This document shows, piece by piece, positions 46,766 through 56,331 of a stretch of DNA of 64,000 nt (within the stretch, counting starts at the first letter, position 1; every line of letters starts with the position of its first letter). The stretch is from Bdellovibrionota bacterium (GTDB lineage Bacteria > Bdellovibrionota_C > UBA2361 > JAFLCA01), in assembly GCA_030584005.1 (NCBI GenBank), contig CP129486.1, forward strand, positions 1,855,933 through 1,919,932, written 5' to 3'. The translations under genes were made by a program, and so were the position numbers. A model generated the notes under the pieces. The model was not told the origin of the DNA and ran no database searches. It saw nothing but the letters and a program-made list of their open reading frames with translations.

Positions 46766-46957
46766 TCAGAGGGTATGCGTCGAAGCGCTTTTAGCCTCTG
46801 ACTTTTGCAGCTCGACAAGCGTCTGATCCGGTTCCTGCGACATTGTATTCATAAGGAGTATGGCGATGAGCCAGACTCCAAGCACGATGGCGAAGCGCCA
46901 CCACAGGCGGTTCTTGAATCGGTACAATGAGGATCTCCATGCTCTCGGGTCTGTCAT
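46766..46957 (-). CDS. Small single-pass membrane protein (uncertain)
   Basis: 63 aa; basic N-terminus, one TM helix RFAIVLGVWLIAILLM, polar tail. Confidence 0.4.
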   Translation of the reverse strand: MTDPRAWRSSLYRFKNRLWWRFAIVLGVWLIAILLMNTMSQEPDQTLVELQKSEAKSASTHTL

Positions 46958-47199
46958 ACAGCTACCAATTATCTCAGCCTAAGCGATCCCCTGAGGCGGA
47001 GCTAAATGGTTGCAGGGCTGGACCATGTGCACAACCATTGGATTATATCTCCCTTTCAACTGGGAGCGCTCCTTGTATATAAAGGAATAGCAAAAGCTAT
47101 GCCGTGTTTGATGGCTTCTGGCATGTACTCGGTCATCGGATCTGGGTGGTGGGAGCCTTGCCTGCGGTGAACCCGGGGGATCGTGTGGTGCCGTATAAA

Positions 47200-48321
47200 G
47201 TGAAGCTGAATCGACGCATGAGCTGGCTATGCTTGCTCACTTTCGTGCAGATGGTGGGATGCTTGCAGGCGGTTCGAGCTCAGACGCCGCGCATCGCCAT
47301 AATTACGGAACTCAGTGGTCCAAATGCAGCGATTGGTGATGAATGTAGGGCGGGAGCCGAGGTCGCGGGACGCTACCTGGCCCCAAAAACAGAGCCAGTC
47401 GAGCTTGTCTATGGCGATTCACAGGACGAAGTGCGGGTGGCCGTGAGCGAGTTCAATCGCTTTGCTGCCGATCCACGAGTGCTTGCGGTAGTGGTGAGTC
47501 GGAGCAAAACAGCGATACCGCTCAACCCCCTCTCTGCGCGTAGTTCGATTGCGCTTTTTGCTACCGCAGCACATCCAGCGCTCCTGTCGGGCAACCCTAT
47601 TGCGCTCCGCGCCTACCTGAATGCGCGTGTGGAGGGAGAGTTTCTTGCACGGCATGCGTTCAGATTGGGTTACAAGCGCATAGCCATGGTGACAGTTGAG
47701 GATGAATGGAATCAGAGCTTTTCTGAGGCATTCCAAACGGAATTGGAAAGACTCGGTGGGTCGATTGTATTGAAGGAGAGTATTCAACCCTCGGTTGTTG
47801 ATATGCGGAGCTTTGTTGGGCGAATCCGCCCCCTTTCCCCTGATGCGGTGTTTGTCAACCTGCAGGTCTCACAGGCTGGCCCGTTCATCAAGAGGCTGCG
47901 AGAAGCGGGAGTAACCGCGCGCTTACTATCAAATTACTGGGTACAAAAGGAGGATGTGACCGCTGCTGCAGGGCACGCTGCGGTAGAGGGGGTTCTTTTT
48001 GGTGAGGTAGACAGCGATAGTCCGAAGTACCTGGAGATGTTCCGCAATGATTTCCCCCAAGCGCGTTCTACGGCAGCCGCATATATATGCTATGTGGCGG
48101 TGGCAGCAGCGATTGAGACTATTGGCCGGATAGAGGGTACGCTGACCCGGGAGTCCGTGGCCCAATCGGTCAAGGAGGTGCAATCGATTAGGCTGATGGA
48201 TGGGAACCTGAAGGTGATCGACCGAGAGATTCAGTTCCCTATGAGACTGTATCAGCTCCAGCAAGGTAAACGCAGCTTAGCTCCGGCAAGTTCTCTTAGC
48301 GCGAACGACGATGCTGGGTGA
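47200..48321 (+). CDS. ABC transporter substrate-binding protein, LivJ type
   Basis: RIAIITELSGPNAAIG..G, LVYGDSQDE, EDEW...FS..F; start uncertain (ORF open from 47104). Confidence 0.8.
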   Translation: MKLNRRMSWLCLLTFVQMVGCLQAVRAQTPRIAIITELSGPNAAIGDECRAGAEVAGRYLAPKTEPVELVYGDSQDEVRVAVSEFNRFAADPRVLAVVVSRSKTAIPLNPLSARSSIALFATAAHPALLSGNPIALRAYLNARVEGEFLARHAFRLGYKRIAMVTVEDEWNQSFSEAFQTELERLGGSIVLKESIQPSVVDMRSFVGRIRPLSPDAVFVNLQVSQAGPFIKRLREAGVTARLLSNYWVQKEDVTAAAGHAAVEGVLFGEVDSDSPKYLEMFRNDFPQARSTAAAYICYVAVAAAIETIGRIEGTLTRESVAQSVKEVQSIRLMDGNLKVIDREIQFPMRLYQLQQGKRSLAPASSLSANDDAG

Positions 48322-48362
48322 ACTGTAGTGCCGAGCTATCGGATTGGGAGCGAGTCAGCGCC

Positions 48363-49394
48363 CTAGCGGGTGCGGGCCGCAGTGGCCACCACGATCGGAA
48401 AATCGAAGTAGACGTCCGCGTTGCTGTTTCGCACCACAAGCGGCCCTGCGGCGCCCGCTTGCTGTGGAAGGGTCAGCAGATAGGTCGATAAATCGGCAAG
48501 TCGCCTGGCAGTCCAAGCCTGCTTGAGCAAGCTCACGGCGTCATAGGCATTTGCCGCGACGATCGGGACTGCAATGTCACTTCGCGTACTCAGTTTTGCC
48601 GCAAACTCAGGACTGGCCTGTGGTGTTGGGTAGGTCGCGCCATCCAGACTTCCCCTAGCCGCCTCAATCTCGTTGGGGTCGGATAGATAGGCACAGCCAA
48701 AGAATCGACCGCGGTAGTTCTGTTGACGAAGTTGCAGTGCAAGGGCTGCATTCTGTCCCGGATTCACACATAGGCCAACACTATCAGTGCGCTTATGCAG
48801 CACCTTCGCAGCAATGGAGCGCACATCAGTGTCAGCTCCGCTCAGCTGCTCATCAAATACGAGACGATCGCGGGGAATCACCTCGCGAACCCCTACTGCC
48901 CACGATTCCGAATACGCATTTTGAGAGATCACCAAGGCCATCTTGTCTACTCCGCGTCTCATCTCGTCTTCCGCTACCACTCGGCCCTCGACGGCACCGC
49001 TCGGATAGTTGCGGAGCACATAGCGCCTACCCCTTGAAATACGGTCATCACTGGCCCAGGCGATCAGAGGGATGGCGCGCTGCTCGGCTAAGGGAGCAAT
49101 CGCACTGCAAGGGGTGGAGCTAGAGCAAAGCACGACATCCACTCCCCTTTTGAGAAGTGTTTGGAAAGCCGTGACGGCTCTTCCGGCGCTGAACTCGTCA
49201 TCCTCGAAGGAGACGGAGATCCAATCTGTGCCCAGATCCTGTGCAGCAAGCTCAACGCCGGCTTTGAATGAGTTTCCGAATGGTGCCGCTGCCCCAGAAA
49301 GATGTGTAATCACACCGAGTCGCATTGGCTGATCAGCAAATACGACAGGAGATATGCATAAAACCCCGAGCAAACAGGAGATGCACCATTTCAT
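48363..49394 (-). CDS. ABC transporter substrate-binding protein, LivJ type
   Basis: Signal peptide; RLGVITHLSGAAAPFG.SFKAGVELA, FEDDEF..RAVTAFQTL, ANAYDAV. Confidence 0.85.
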   Translation of the reverse strand: MKWCISCLLGVLCISPVVFADQPMRLGVITHLSGAAAPFGNSFKAGVELAAQDLGTDWISVSFEDDEFSAGRAVTAFQTLLKRGVDVVLCSSSTPCSAIAPLAEQRAIPLIAWASDDRISRGRRYVLRNYPSGAVEGRVVAEDEMRRGVDKMALVISQNAYSESWAVGVREVIPRDRLVFDEQLSGADTDVRSIAAKVLHKRTDSVGLCVNPGQNAALALQLRQQNYRGRFFGCAYLSDPNEIEAARGSLDGATYPTPQASPEFAAKLSTRSDIAVPIVAANAYDAVSLLKQAWTARRLADLSTYLLTLPQQAGAAGPLVVRNSNADVYFDFPIVVATAARTR

Positions 49395-49586
49395 GCGATG
49401 TTACTCCAAAAAAGGCAGTACGTGGAGTCAAGGAAGTCAGTAGTAGCAATGACTTAACCCGGTGAGCCTATAGGGCTCCAAGACCGCATAGTACAGCTTA
49501 GAATCCTGAGTAGACAGAGCGATATATCGCATCACCCCGAACACGTAGCAGGAAAAGAGGTTTGGCGGGTTGATCGACAAATTTTT

Positions 49587-49614
49587 TTGCTAGGATTGCA
49601 CCCAGTGCTACAAT
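49587..49614 (+). promoter_or_regulatory. Candidate sigma70 promoter for the sigma-LAGLIDADG gene
   Basis: TTGCTA-N16-TACAAT with extended -10 TG, 48 bp before ATG 49663. Confidence 0.45.
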
Positions 49615-49662
49615 TCGGCGCATCAATGCGATGCCGCTTGGCGTATATGTAGCAGCAGTATC

Positions 49663-52110
49663 ATGCCCATTAGTTCTAGCACTCACACCAGCACAGCGTC
49701 CCTCCCCGCATTTTCATTGGTTACCGCGGCCCGACCGGAAGGTGCACCGATGGATGGAAGTGAGGTGCTGGCGCGAGCTGAGCTCGTTTCGAGTTTGCGG
49801 GACGAGTACGGGGAGCAGGTTCGCGCCATGCTGAGTGAGCGACCTCAGTTAATGCCGCACCTTACCTTTCTGGAAACCCGGATTTTCAATTCTGTTGCCG
49901 ACGAACTGCAGTCGGCCCACCCCCCGCTAGACGTATCCCAGCGCCTCACTGAAACCGTCGTGGAGGTGCGCAATACGTACTCAGTTGATCAGGACACTGC
50001 TGCACAAGATCTGATCAAACGGTTCGGGACCTTTATTCGCTCAATGGCGTCTGCCCGTCTGAACGACTTCCATCAGGTTGAAGACGTAAGCCAAGAGATC
50101 TTGCTTCGACTGCTCTCGTCCCTGCCACGCTACAATCCCGAACGAGGGGCTCTCATTACATGGGTGCGGACGATCGCCGGCCGGTATGTGACGGATGTGC
50201 TTAGGCGAGAACGTGTCCGAAGCGGTGTACAGGCACATGCTGAGGTGGATGAGGCGACTTCGGCGTCCGACAGTATAGGATCGATTGAACAGCGGGAACA
50301 GCTGAGGAATCTCGTTGCACGCATAGGGCAGCTCCCCGAAAAGGAGCGCGATGTGCTCAAGCTAGTGTATTTGCGGGGGTACACTTTGCGCCAAGCGGCT
50401 AGTGCGCTCGGCATTGAACTAGGAACGTGCAAATCACGCTTAAGCCATGGGCTTGCACATTTGCGCGAGCTTGTCGACGCGGGCGATGTGACTGCCCCCT
50501 TGGCAGAAAGGGAGGCAGGCCACGCGGGTCGGACGGCTGGCAGAGTGGCGCTCAACAATAATTCAGCCCGCTCCTTGCACGGTATCACCGTCGAGTATCA
50601 CGCGGGCACACCCTTCTTGTTGATTCAACTTGCATCAACAGGCAGAAGAATCGCTGCAACGGGAACAGATCCACGGGAGATAATTACTCAGCTCTATCAG
50701 CGAGGGATGATAACGCGTGCAGGGCTGAGAGCCGCATTCGACGAGAGCGCCCAGTCCTTGAAGGGAACGCACAAGTGTGCTGCCGAGCGATCGGCAGCAC
50801 TGTTACTCAGCAGCCTCGAGGGCTGCTGCAAGGACAGGGACGCTCGCTACCTCGCTCAATATGGAACTCCTTATGGGCTGGTTATTCAAGATGCGCGTGG
50901 AGAGGTCCTTCGCCTTCTCCCACCTGCTTCGCCGCAACGATTAGTGCATCTCCAGTTGGACTGCCGTTATGCCCTTGAAACGATTGAACGCAACTACCGC
51001 GCTTCCGGAAGAGAGAAGGAGATTGAACTGACAAGAAATGAGGTTCAGAGCGCTCTACGTGTGCTGGAGGTCGTCTTTGAATGGAGGAGGCGAGGTTATG
51101 GAAATCAAGAGGTGGCGGAGCGTGTCGCCCAGGAGTGCGGACAAGTTCTGAGCTCCGACAGAATCTCGCAATGGGTGGCAGGACACAAACTCCCAGAGCC
51201 GATAGCACTTGTTCTCTCGAACTCGAGTCGAAGACAATCGACCTTCAGGGTCCCGCTGCGCGCTTCGCTTGACCTCTCATATTTGTTAGGAGTGCAGGTG
51301 GCCACAACGCACTTTGCCACCAGCTATTGTGATTTCGGTCTAAGTCATGAAGACATGCAGGTGATGAATCGCTGTCGCCAAGCGCTGAGCCGGCTTGGAC
51401 TCGAGCCGACCTTTAGAAAGGCCGATGATCCATTTTCGGGTGAGAAGCATACGCTGCGGGTAAGATCCTTGGACTTATGCGGTTTACTGTTCGAGCAAAC
51501 CGATGGATTTACCCGACTGCCGTGGGCTTACCTCGTGGGGATGAGGGAGAAGGTCGCATTTCTTGGCGGAATGACCGACGCCGGCGGGGTGGTGCTCAAG
51601 GACCGCCTGCGCTTTGTGAAGGAAGGAGCAGGAAATATCTTTGAAGAGCTGGCATTGCTACTGGTGGATGTGGGAGTGCTTTCAACTGTACAGCGAGGGC
51701 CGAGAGCCAGTCTCAGTATAGCTTCGGGCTCGGAACTGAGATCCTTGCGAGCATTGATAGGACCGCGCTACGGGTCGTTCGACCGCAAGCTCAATGCAGC
51801 ATGCATCGATGGTGGCAAGTATCACCCCTCACTAAGGGAATATCGCGCGTATGAACGTGCAGTGACAGCCGTCGGGAGGTCCCTCAGTGACGTATCTGAG
51901 TATCTCAGAGTACAGGAGAAGGTCGCTCTTGATCGGGAGGTGCTGCGAAGATGGCTGAACGGCGTTCAACCCCTGGCTGCCCGACGCCTGGCCAGAATTG
52001 AGGCGCTTAGGGCGCATTACCCTGACATAACTGAATGTCATTCATTGGCTCACGCCGGGGTACCGCGGAACCGTATTTTTCCGATCGTGCTGGGCCGTGG
52101 CGGGAGCTGA
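49663..52110 (+). CDS. ECF-type sigma factor fused to HTH and degenerate LAGLIDADG domains
   Basis: Sigma2 VEDVSQEILLRL..YNPERGALITWVRTIA; sigma4 LPEKERDVLKLVYLRGYTLRQAASALGIELGTCKSRL; LAGLIDADG-like LSYLLGVQVATT and AFLGGMTDAGG. Confidence 0.8.
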   Translation: MPISSSTHTSTASLPAFSLVTAARPEGAPMDGSEVLARAELVSSLRDEYGEQVRAMLSERPQLMPHLTFLETRIFNSVADELQSAHPPLDVSQRLTETVVEVRNTYSVDQDTAAQDLIKRFGTFIRSMASARLNDFHQVEDVSQEILLRLLSSLPRYNPERGALITWVRTIAGRYVTDVLRRERVRSGVQAHAEVDEATSASDSIGSIEQREQLRNLVARIGQLPEKERDVLKLVYLRGYTLRQAASALGIELGTCKSRLSHGLAHLRELVDAGDVTAPLAEREAGHAGRTAGRVALNNNSARSLHGITVEYHAGTPFLLIQLASTGRRIAATGTDPREIITQLYQRGMITRAGLRAAFDESAQSLKGTHKCAAERSAALLLSSLEGCCKDRDARYLAQYGTPYGLVIQDARGEVLRLLPPASPQRLVHLQLDCRYALETIERNYRASGREKEIELTRNEVQSALRVLEVVFEWRRRGYGNQEVAERVAQECGQVLSSDRISQWVAGHKLPEPIALVLSNSSRRQSTFRVPLRASLDLSYLLGVQVATTHFATSYCDFGLSHEDMQVMNRCRQALSRLGLEPTFRKADDPFSGEKHTLRVRSLDLCGLLFEQTDGFTRLPWAYLVGMREKVAFLGGMTDAGGVVLKDRLRFVKEGAGNIFEELALLLVDVGVLSTVQRGPRASLSIASGSELRSLRALIGPRYGSFDRKLNAACIDGGKYHPSLREYRAYERAVTAVGRSLSDVSEYLRVQEKVALDREVLRRWLNGVQPLAARRLARIEALRAHYPDITECHSLAHAGVPRNRIFPIVLGRGGS

Positions 52111-52181
52111 GAACTGCCGCTACTTGCCAGGGGCAGCATACTCATCCATAATTGCGGGTTTTCCGCACGCCCCCAGGTCAC

Positions 52182-54086
52182 ATGCAGCAGCCCGCAACCG
52201 ACACCTTTCGCCTCCGTTTCTTTGGCGGTTTCGCCTCGCAGAGACGCGCACTTTTAGCGGCCCGAGAGCTAGCCGCGCCTGCACTGCATTCATCGATTCA
52301 TCAACAACTTAACGCATTGGGAGAGGACAGCGCAGTCGACCTCAGGAGGCTTGATTCACGATGGAAGCTCTTTTGGCGTTGTGTGCTGGCGGTCAGAGAG
52401 CTTGTGCTCGCCTCTATACTTTGGAACGCGTTGAGCGCGATCGTCGTGCTGTTTGCTGTTCTGGCTACCCGTAGAATCGTGGCCCAGGAGGATTCGCTGA
52501 GTACCGCTTTCGTACTGGCGATAGGTTATCTTGCGGCAAAGGTTGTCTACGCAGCGATCGACTACTTTGACTGGCTACGGCGGGCGCAGGTCAATCGAGG
52601 GGTGCAGACGTTCCTATTCCGGGTCGTCAACGCCAAGGTCGTGCGAATTGACCGCGCCCGCGCCCATGAGTTCACAACTGGAAACATCAAGACACTGATT
52701 GGTTCCGACGTTGAGAGTGTTGAAGATTTCATAAGCGCAGCGCTGGCCCAGTGGATCCCCACCCTTGTTACTCTCGCCATACTTGGACCTTCGATGTACT
52801 GGTTTGGCGGGACGCTCGGTGTCATAGCGCTAGCCCTGGCCTTGCTTTCCCTTCCCGTTGCGATGCTCGGCGCGCACTACATAGAGCGCTACCAGAGCCG
52901 CGCCCAGAAGGAGCAGGACCGGCTGACCACTCTGGTCGGCGAATGGGTCAAGAACATCCGACTTGTCCGATTCCTGGGCTGGCAGCGTGCTATTGAGGAT
53001 GAGATTGCACGGCAGATGCGCTCCTTCACCTGGCAATACGCCTTCCGACATACAATCGCCTGTGTCGTATACGGCGTGTCCTGGTCATGGTGGATGGTTC
53101 CAGTACTCGGCATGTTGGCGGCCGCCTACCTGCAGGGGATCGAGCTAAGCGTGGCCTCGGTATTCTCCGTAATCTGGCTCCTTGATCATCTTATGAACTA
53201 TGTGCAGCACCTCCCCTACTCGCTGTCCTTGTATGGGCAGGCTGGCGCGGGTGCCGACCGAGTGCTGGCGCTGCTCGGCGCTCCTGAAGTGACGGACGCT
53301 CTTGTGGACTCAAACGGCTCAGCCGAAGCGCCTCACGGGGTCCCTCAAAGGGTCCATTTTCGGGATGTCAGCCTGGAGCTTGGCGGCCGCAAGGTCCTAC
53401 AAGCCGTGAACGTATGTATCGAGCTCCACTCCCGCACCGCGATTGTGGGGAGTGTGGGCAGCGGCAAATCGCTCCTTCTAGAGCTATTGGTGGGTGAAAA
53501 AGCGCCCAGCTCCGGCAGTATCGAGGTTGAGTATGAAGGCGGTCAGCGCTTCTCCTTATGGCGGAGGGACGTCTATGAGTCGCTGCGCTCTCAAATTGCT
53601 TATACACCGGGGCAGCCTTTCCTCTCCAATGCCCTGATGCGACTCAATATCGACCTTGGGGGATCGGGAGAGCAGGCATCCATAGCATACGCGGCCGAGC
53701 GCGCGCAGCTTGTTCCTGACATTCAACAGCTGACACGGGGATATGATGAGGAGGTCGGCGAAACGGGAATCAACCTATCGGGTGGACAGCGGCAGCGTGT
53801 CAGTTTAGCCCGTGCGTTCTTTTCAGCGCGTCCATTTTTTGTTCTCGATGATCCGTTGAGCGCCGTCGATCCGGCCACTGAAGCGGCGCTTATGGACAAT
53901 TTGATCGATTCGGCGAAGGGCATTGTGATGGTGTCGCATCGGCTGCAGGAGCTTAGTCGCTGTGATCGAGTGCTGGTAATGGATGGGGGCTCCTTTGTCG
54001 AGGATGGAAATCCCCTGGAGCTTGCGTCCGACAGGAGGTCTCGTTTTTCGGCCTTCCTTCGAGCGGTGGAGGAACATGGGCACTGA
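52182..54086 (+). CDS. ABC transporter half (TMD+NBD), ABCC/MRP N-half-like
   Basis: GSVGSGKS, ETGINLSGGQRQRVSLARA, VLDDPLSAVD. Confidence 0.88.
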   Translation: MQQPATDTFRLRFFGGFASQRRALLAARELAAPALHSSIHQQLNALGEDSAVDLRRLDSRWKLFWRCVLAVRELVLASILWNALSAIVVLFAVLATRRIVAQEDSLSTAFVLAIGYLAAKVVYAAIDYFDWLRRAQVNRGVQTFLFRVVNAKVVRIDRARAHEFTTGNIKTLIGSDVESVEDFISAALAQWIPTLVTLAILGPSMYWFGGTLGVIALALALLSLPVAMLGAHYIERYQSRAQKEQDRLTTLVGEWVKNIRLVRFLGWQRAIEDEIARQMRSFTWQYAFRHTIACVVYGVSWSWWMVPVLGMLAAAYLQGIELSVASVFSVIWLLDHLMNYVQHLPYSLSLYGQAGAGADRVLALLGAPEVTDALVDSNGSAEAPHGVPQRVHFRDVSLELGGRKVLQAVNVCIELHSRTAIVGSVGSGKSLLLELLVGEKAPSSGSIEVEYEGGQRFSLWRRDVYESLRSQIAYTPGQPFLSNALMRLNIDLGGSGEQASIAYAAERAQLVPDIQQLTRGYDEEVGETGINLSGGQRQRVSLARAFFSARPFFVLDDPLSAVDPATEAALMDNLIDSAKGIVMVSHRLQELSRCDRVLVMDGGSFVEDGNPLELASDRRSRFSAFLRAVEEHGH

Positions 54087-55839
54087 GAGTTTCACCACCG
54101 AAGAGAAAGAAGGAGGAGTTCGCGGAAGCATTCCCCTCTTGTGGCGCTATGCGCGATCGCTCCCACGTTTTCAATTGCTATTGTTCCTGGCGGTGCTGTG
54201 CAGCCTCTTGGGCACGATAGGCTTCAATATCTTCGTATGGGCCAGCGGCAAGTACGCTGAATGCAAGCCTATGCTGCCCTGTACTGCTCAGGTCACCAGC
54301 CTAGACTGGGAGGTAGAGCTTACGATCTTTGGGATCGCTGCGTTGGCCCTGATCGTGGTGAGTGTGCGTGTTGTTGGGTGGATCTTCTGTGAAGTGGGCG
54401 GCCAGTGGTGCGCGCTCACCCTGCATCGCACTCTTGTGCATGCGGTTGGGACGACCCGTACCACTTTCTTTGACGAGTTCCCTTCCGGGAAGTTGATCAA
54501 CCGCCTGGTGCGTGACTTCGACAATTTGCGGGTCATGGCTCCAATCCGAATCGGGGACACCCTCAATGCGCTGATTGAGCTTGTGGTGATTGCAGCTGTG
54601 GTCTACCTGGCTCACCCCTTTGCGGCACTCGCAGTGCTCCCCACCCTTGCCATGTTTATGTACATTCAAATGAATGTGGCACCGATGATGCAGCGCTGCC
54701 TTACCTTGCGTTCCGTGCGCTTAGGGGAGGTCTTGCACCGTGAAACCGATGTGATTGAGGGCATTCGAACCTTTCTCCTGTATGGTCAGCAGAACGCGCT
54801 TTTTTCCAGGCTGCAAAAGGCAGTGCGGGGTTTCATCGAGATGCACGTGCTGCGATTTGAGGTGGAGGCCTGGGGACGCTTCTGGGGCCAGTTTGCCGCA
54901 GCGCTGTATGGTTTTGTAGCGCTGCTATTCGTGGCATGGGCGGTGCGCAGTGGCGGATTGTCCATGGTGCTGGGTGCGGTGGTGGTCACCGCAGTTTTTA
55001 GACTGGGTGCAACCTTTGGGTGGCTCGCCTGGTCCTCGGGGATGATGTTTGAAAGCGCTGCTCATATACGCCGCGTGTTCGAGTATGTCGATCTGCCCCA
55101 TGAGAAGGATGAAGAGGGCATCAAGAAAGATGAGAAGTCTCTACAGCAGCCCCGCGGCGATCTCGAGTTTAGGGATTTCACCATGAGCTATCGTAAGGAT
55201 ACACCGGTGATTCTGGACTCACTTACTCTCACCATTGCGCAAGGCGCGAAAGTTGGTCTGGTAGGCCGCACCGGCGCAGGTAAGACCAGTATTCTCCAAG
55301 CGCTGTTTCGTATGGTGTACGTGCATGGCGGAGATATCAGGGTGGGCGGTGTGTCAATATACTCGTTACCCGTAGAGCAGTCGCGCGAGCTCTTTGGCGT
55401 AGTGCCGCAGGATCCCTACCTGTTTGAGGGTACCATCCGTTCTAACTTGGACCGTTATGGGGATTATACGGATGAGCAAGTCGCGGCTGCACTGCAAGCA
55501 GTGCAGCTCCCCTTCGCAATGACGGAGCCGATTCATGAGGGCGGGCGCAACCTGTCGCTGGGTGAGCGGCAGCTAGTGTGTCTCGCTCGCTTGCTGCTCT
55601 CAAAGCGCCCCTTCGTAATCATGGATGAGCCGACAAGCGGTGTTGATTCTATCACCGACGCGATCATGCAGCGGGTATTGAGGACTGCCCTACACGATCG
55701 TACGGTCATAACAATTGCTCATCGTATCGAGACGTTAGCACGGGTTGACAGGATCATAGAACTTCAGGCCGGAAAGGTACTGCGCGATGGACGCCCCCGT
55801 GAGGTGCTACAGAAACTAACGGCTGATGCGATCCAATAG
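54076..55839 (+). CDS. ABC transporter half (TMD+NBD), ABCC/MRP C-half-like
   Basis: FFDEFPSGKLINRL..D, GRTGAGKT, PQDPYLFEGTIRSNLD, NLSLGERQLVCLAR, MDEPT, IAHRIET; start overlaps the upstream stop. Confidence 0.88.
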   Translation: MGTESFTTEEKEGGVRGSIPLLWRYARSLPRFQLLLFLAVLCSLLGTIGFNIFVWASGKYAECKPMLPCTAQVTSLDWEVELTIFGIAALALIVVSVRVVGWIFCEVGGQWCALTLHRTLVHAVGTTRTTFFDEFPSGKLINRLVRDFDNLRVMAPIRIGDTLNALIELVVIAAVVYLAHPFAALAVLPTLAMFMYIQMNVAPMMQRCLTLRSVRLGEVLHRETDVIEGIRTFLLYGQQNALFSRLQKAVRGFIEMHVLRFEVEAWGRFWGQFAAALYGFVALLFVAWAVRSGGLSMVLGAVVVTAVFRLGATFGWLAWSSGMMFESAAHIRRVFEYVDLPHEKDEEGIKKDEKSLQQPRGDLEFRDFTMSYRKDTPVILDSLTLTIAQGAKVGLVGRTGAGKTSILQALFRMVYVHGGDIRVGGVSIYSLPVEQSRELFGVVPQDPYLFEGTIRSNLDRYGDYTDEQVAAALQAVQLPFAMTEPIHEGGRNLSLGERQLVCLARLLLSKRPFVIMDEPTSGVDSITDAIMQRVLRTALHDRTVITIAHRIETLARVDRIIELQAGKVLRDGRPREVLQKLTADAIQ

Positions 55840-55885
55840 CTCGAGCCGGGCCGTTGAAAAAAATGTTTTGTCGTGAAGCAGAAAG

Positions 55886-55916
55886 TTTACACAAGGCGAT
55901 TTGCTTTTGCTATTAT
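55886..55916 (+). promoter_or_regulatory. Candidate sigma70 promoter upstream of the MFS leader
   Basis: TG-c-TATTAT extended -10 (55908-55916) with TTTACA upstream, in an AT-rich patch. Confidence 0.4.
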
Positions 55917-56331
55917 GCGTTATCTGTAGCGTTGATTTTATGAACTTCTTTGGCTCGTACCATACTTCCGTCCCCACCCCGTATCTAAGGGTGATGTCCC
56001 CGTGCGGCATTCGCCCGACACGGCAGGACGGTGGTGTAGCAACCCCATGGGTTCAGGGCGCCATTGCGGCCACTGATACAACCTCCCTCACACATCGAGA
56101 TACGGGTAGAAGTTTCTGATTCCGGCTTTGTAGCTTCTGCTCTACCCAATTCACTATCGAGCAATTGATGCCTTGAGCTGATCTCTGCGACAAGCGGAGC
56201 GCCGCTCGTTCTCTTCCTCCATTCCCATTCATTGAACTCCATCCAAGGTGCGCTTGCAGCGCATGGGGAACTGCGACTCTCCGCTCGGTGCAGAGGTCGG
56301 AATCAAGGTTCTCTTTTTACAAGGAGTTTTT

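Noticed and set aside
50470-52110. Intein inserted in the sigma factor (LAGLIDADG suggests a DOD intein)
   Set aside because: No Hint N-terminal block, no C-terminal His-Asn followed by Cys/Ser/Thr, and no C-extein; the module follows a complete sigma4 and runs to the stop
56030-56100. tRNA-like start ggtggtgtagc..gggttca
   Set aside because: No D-arm, anticodon arm, canonical TTCRA T-loop stem or acceptor pairing
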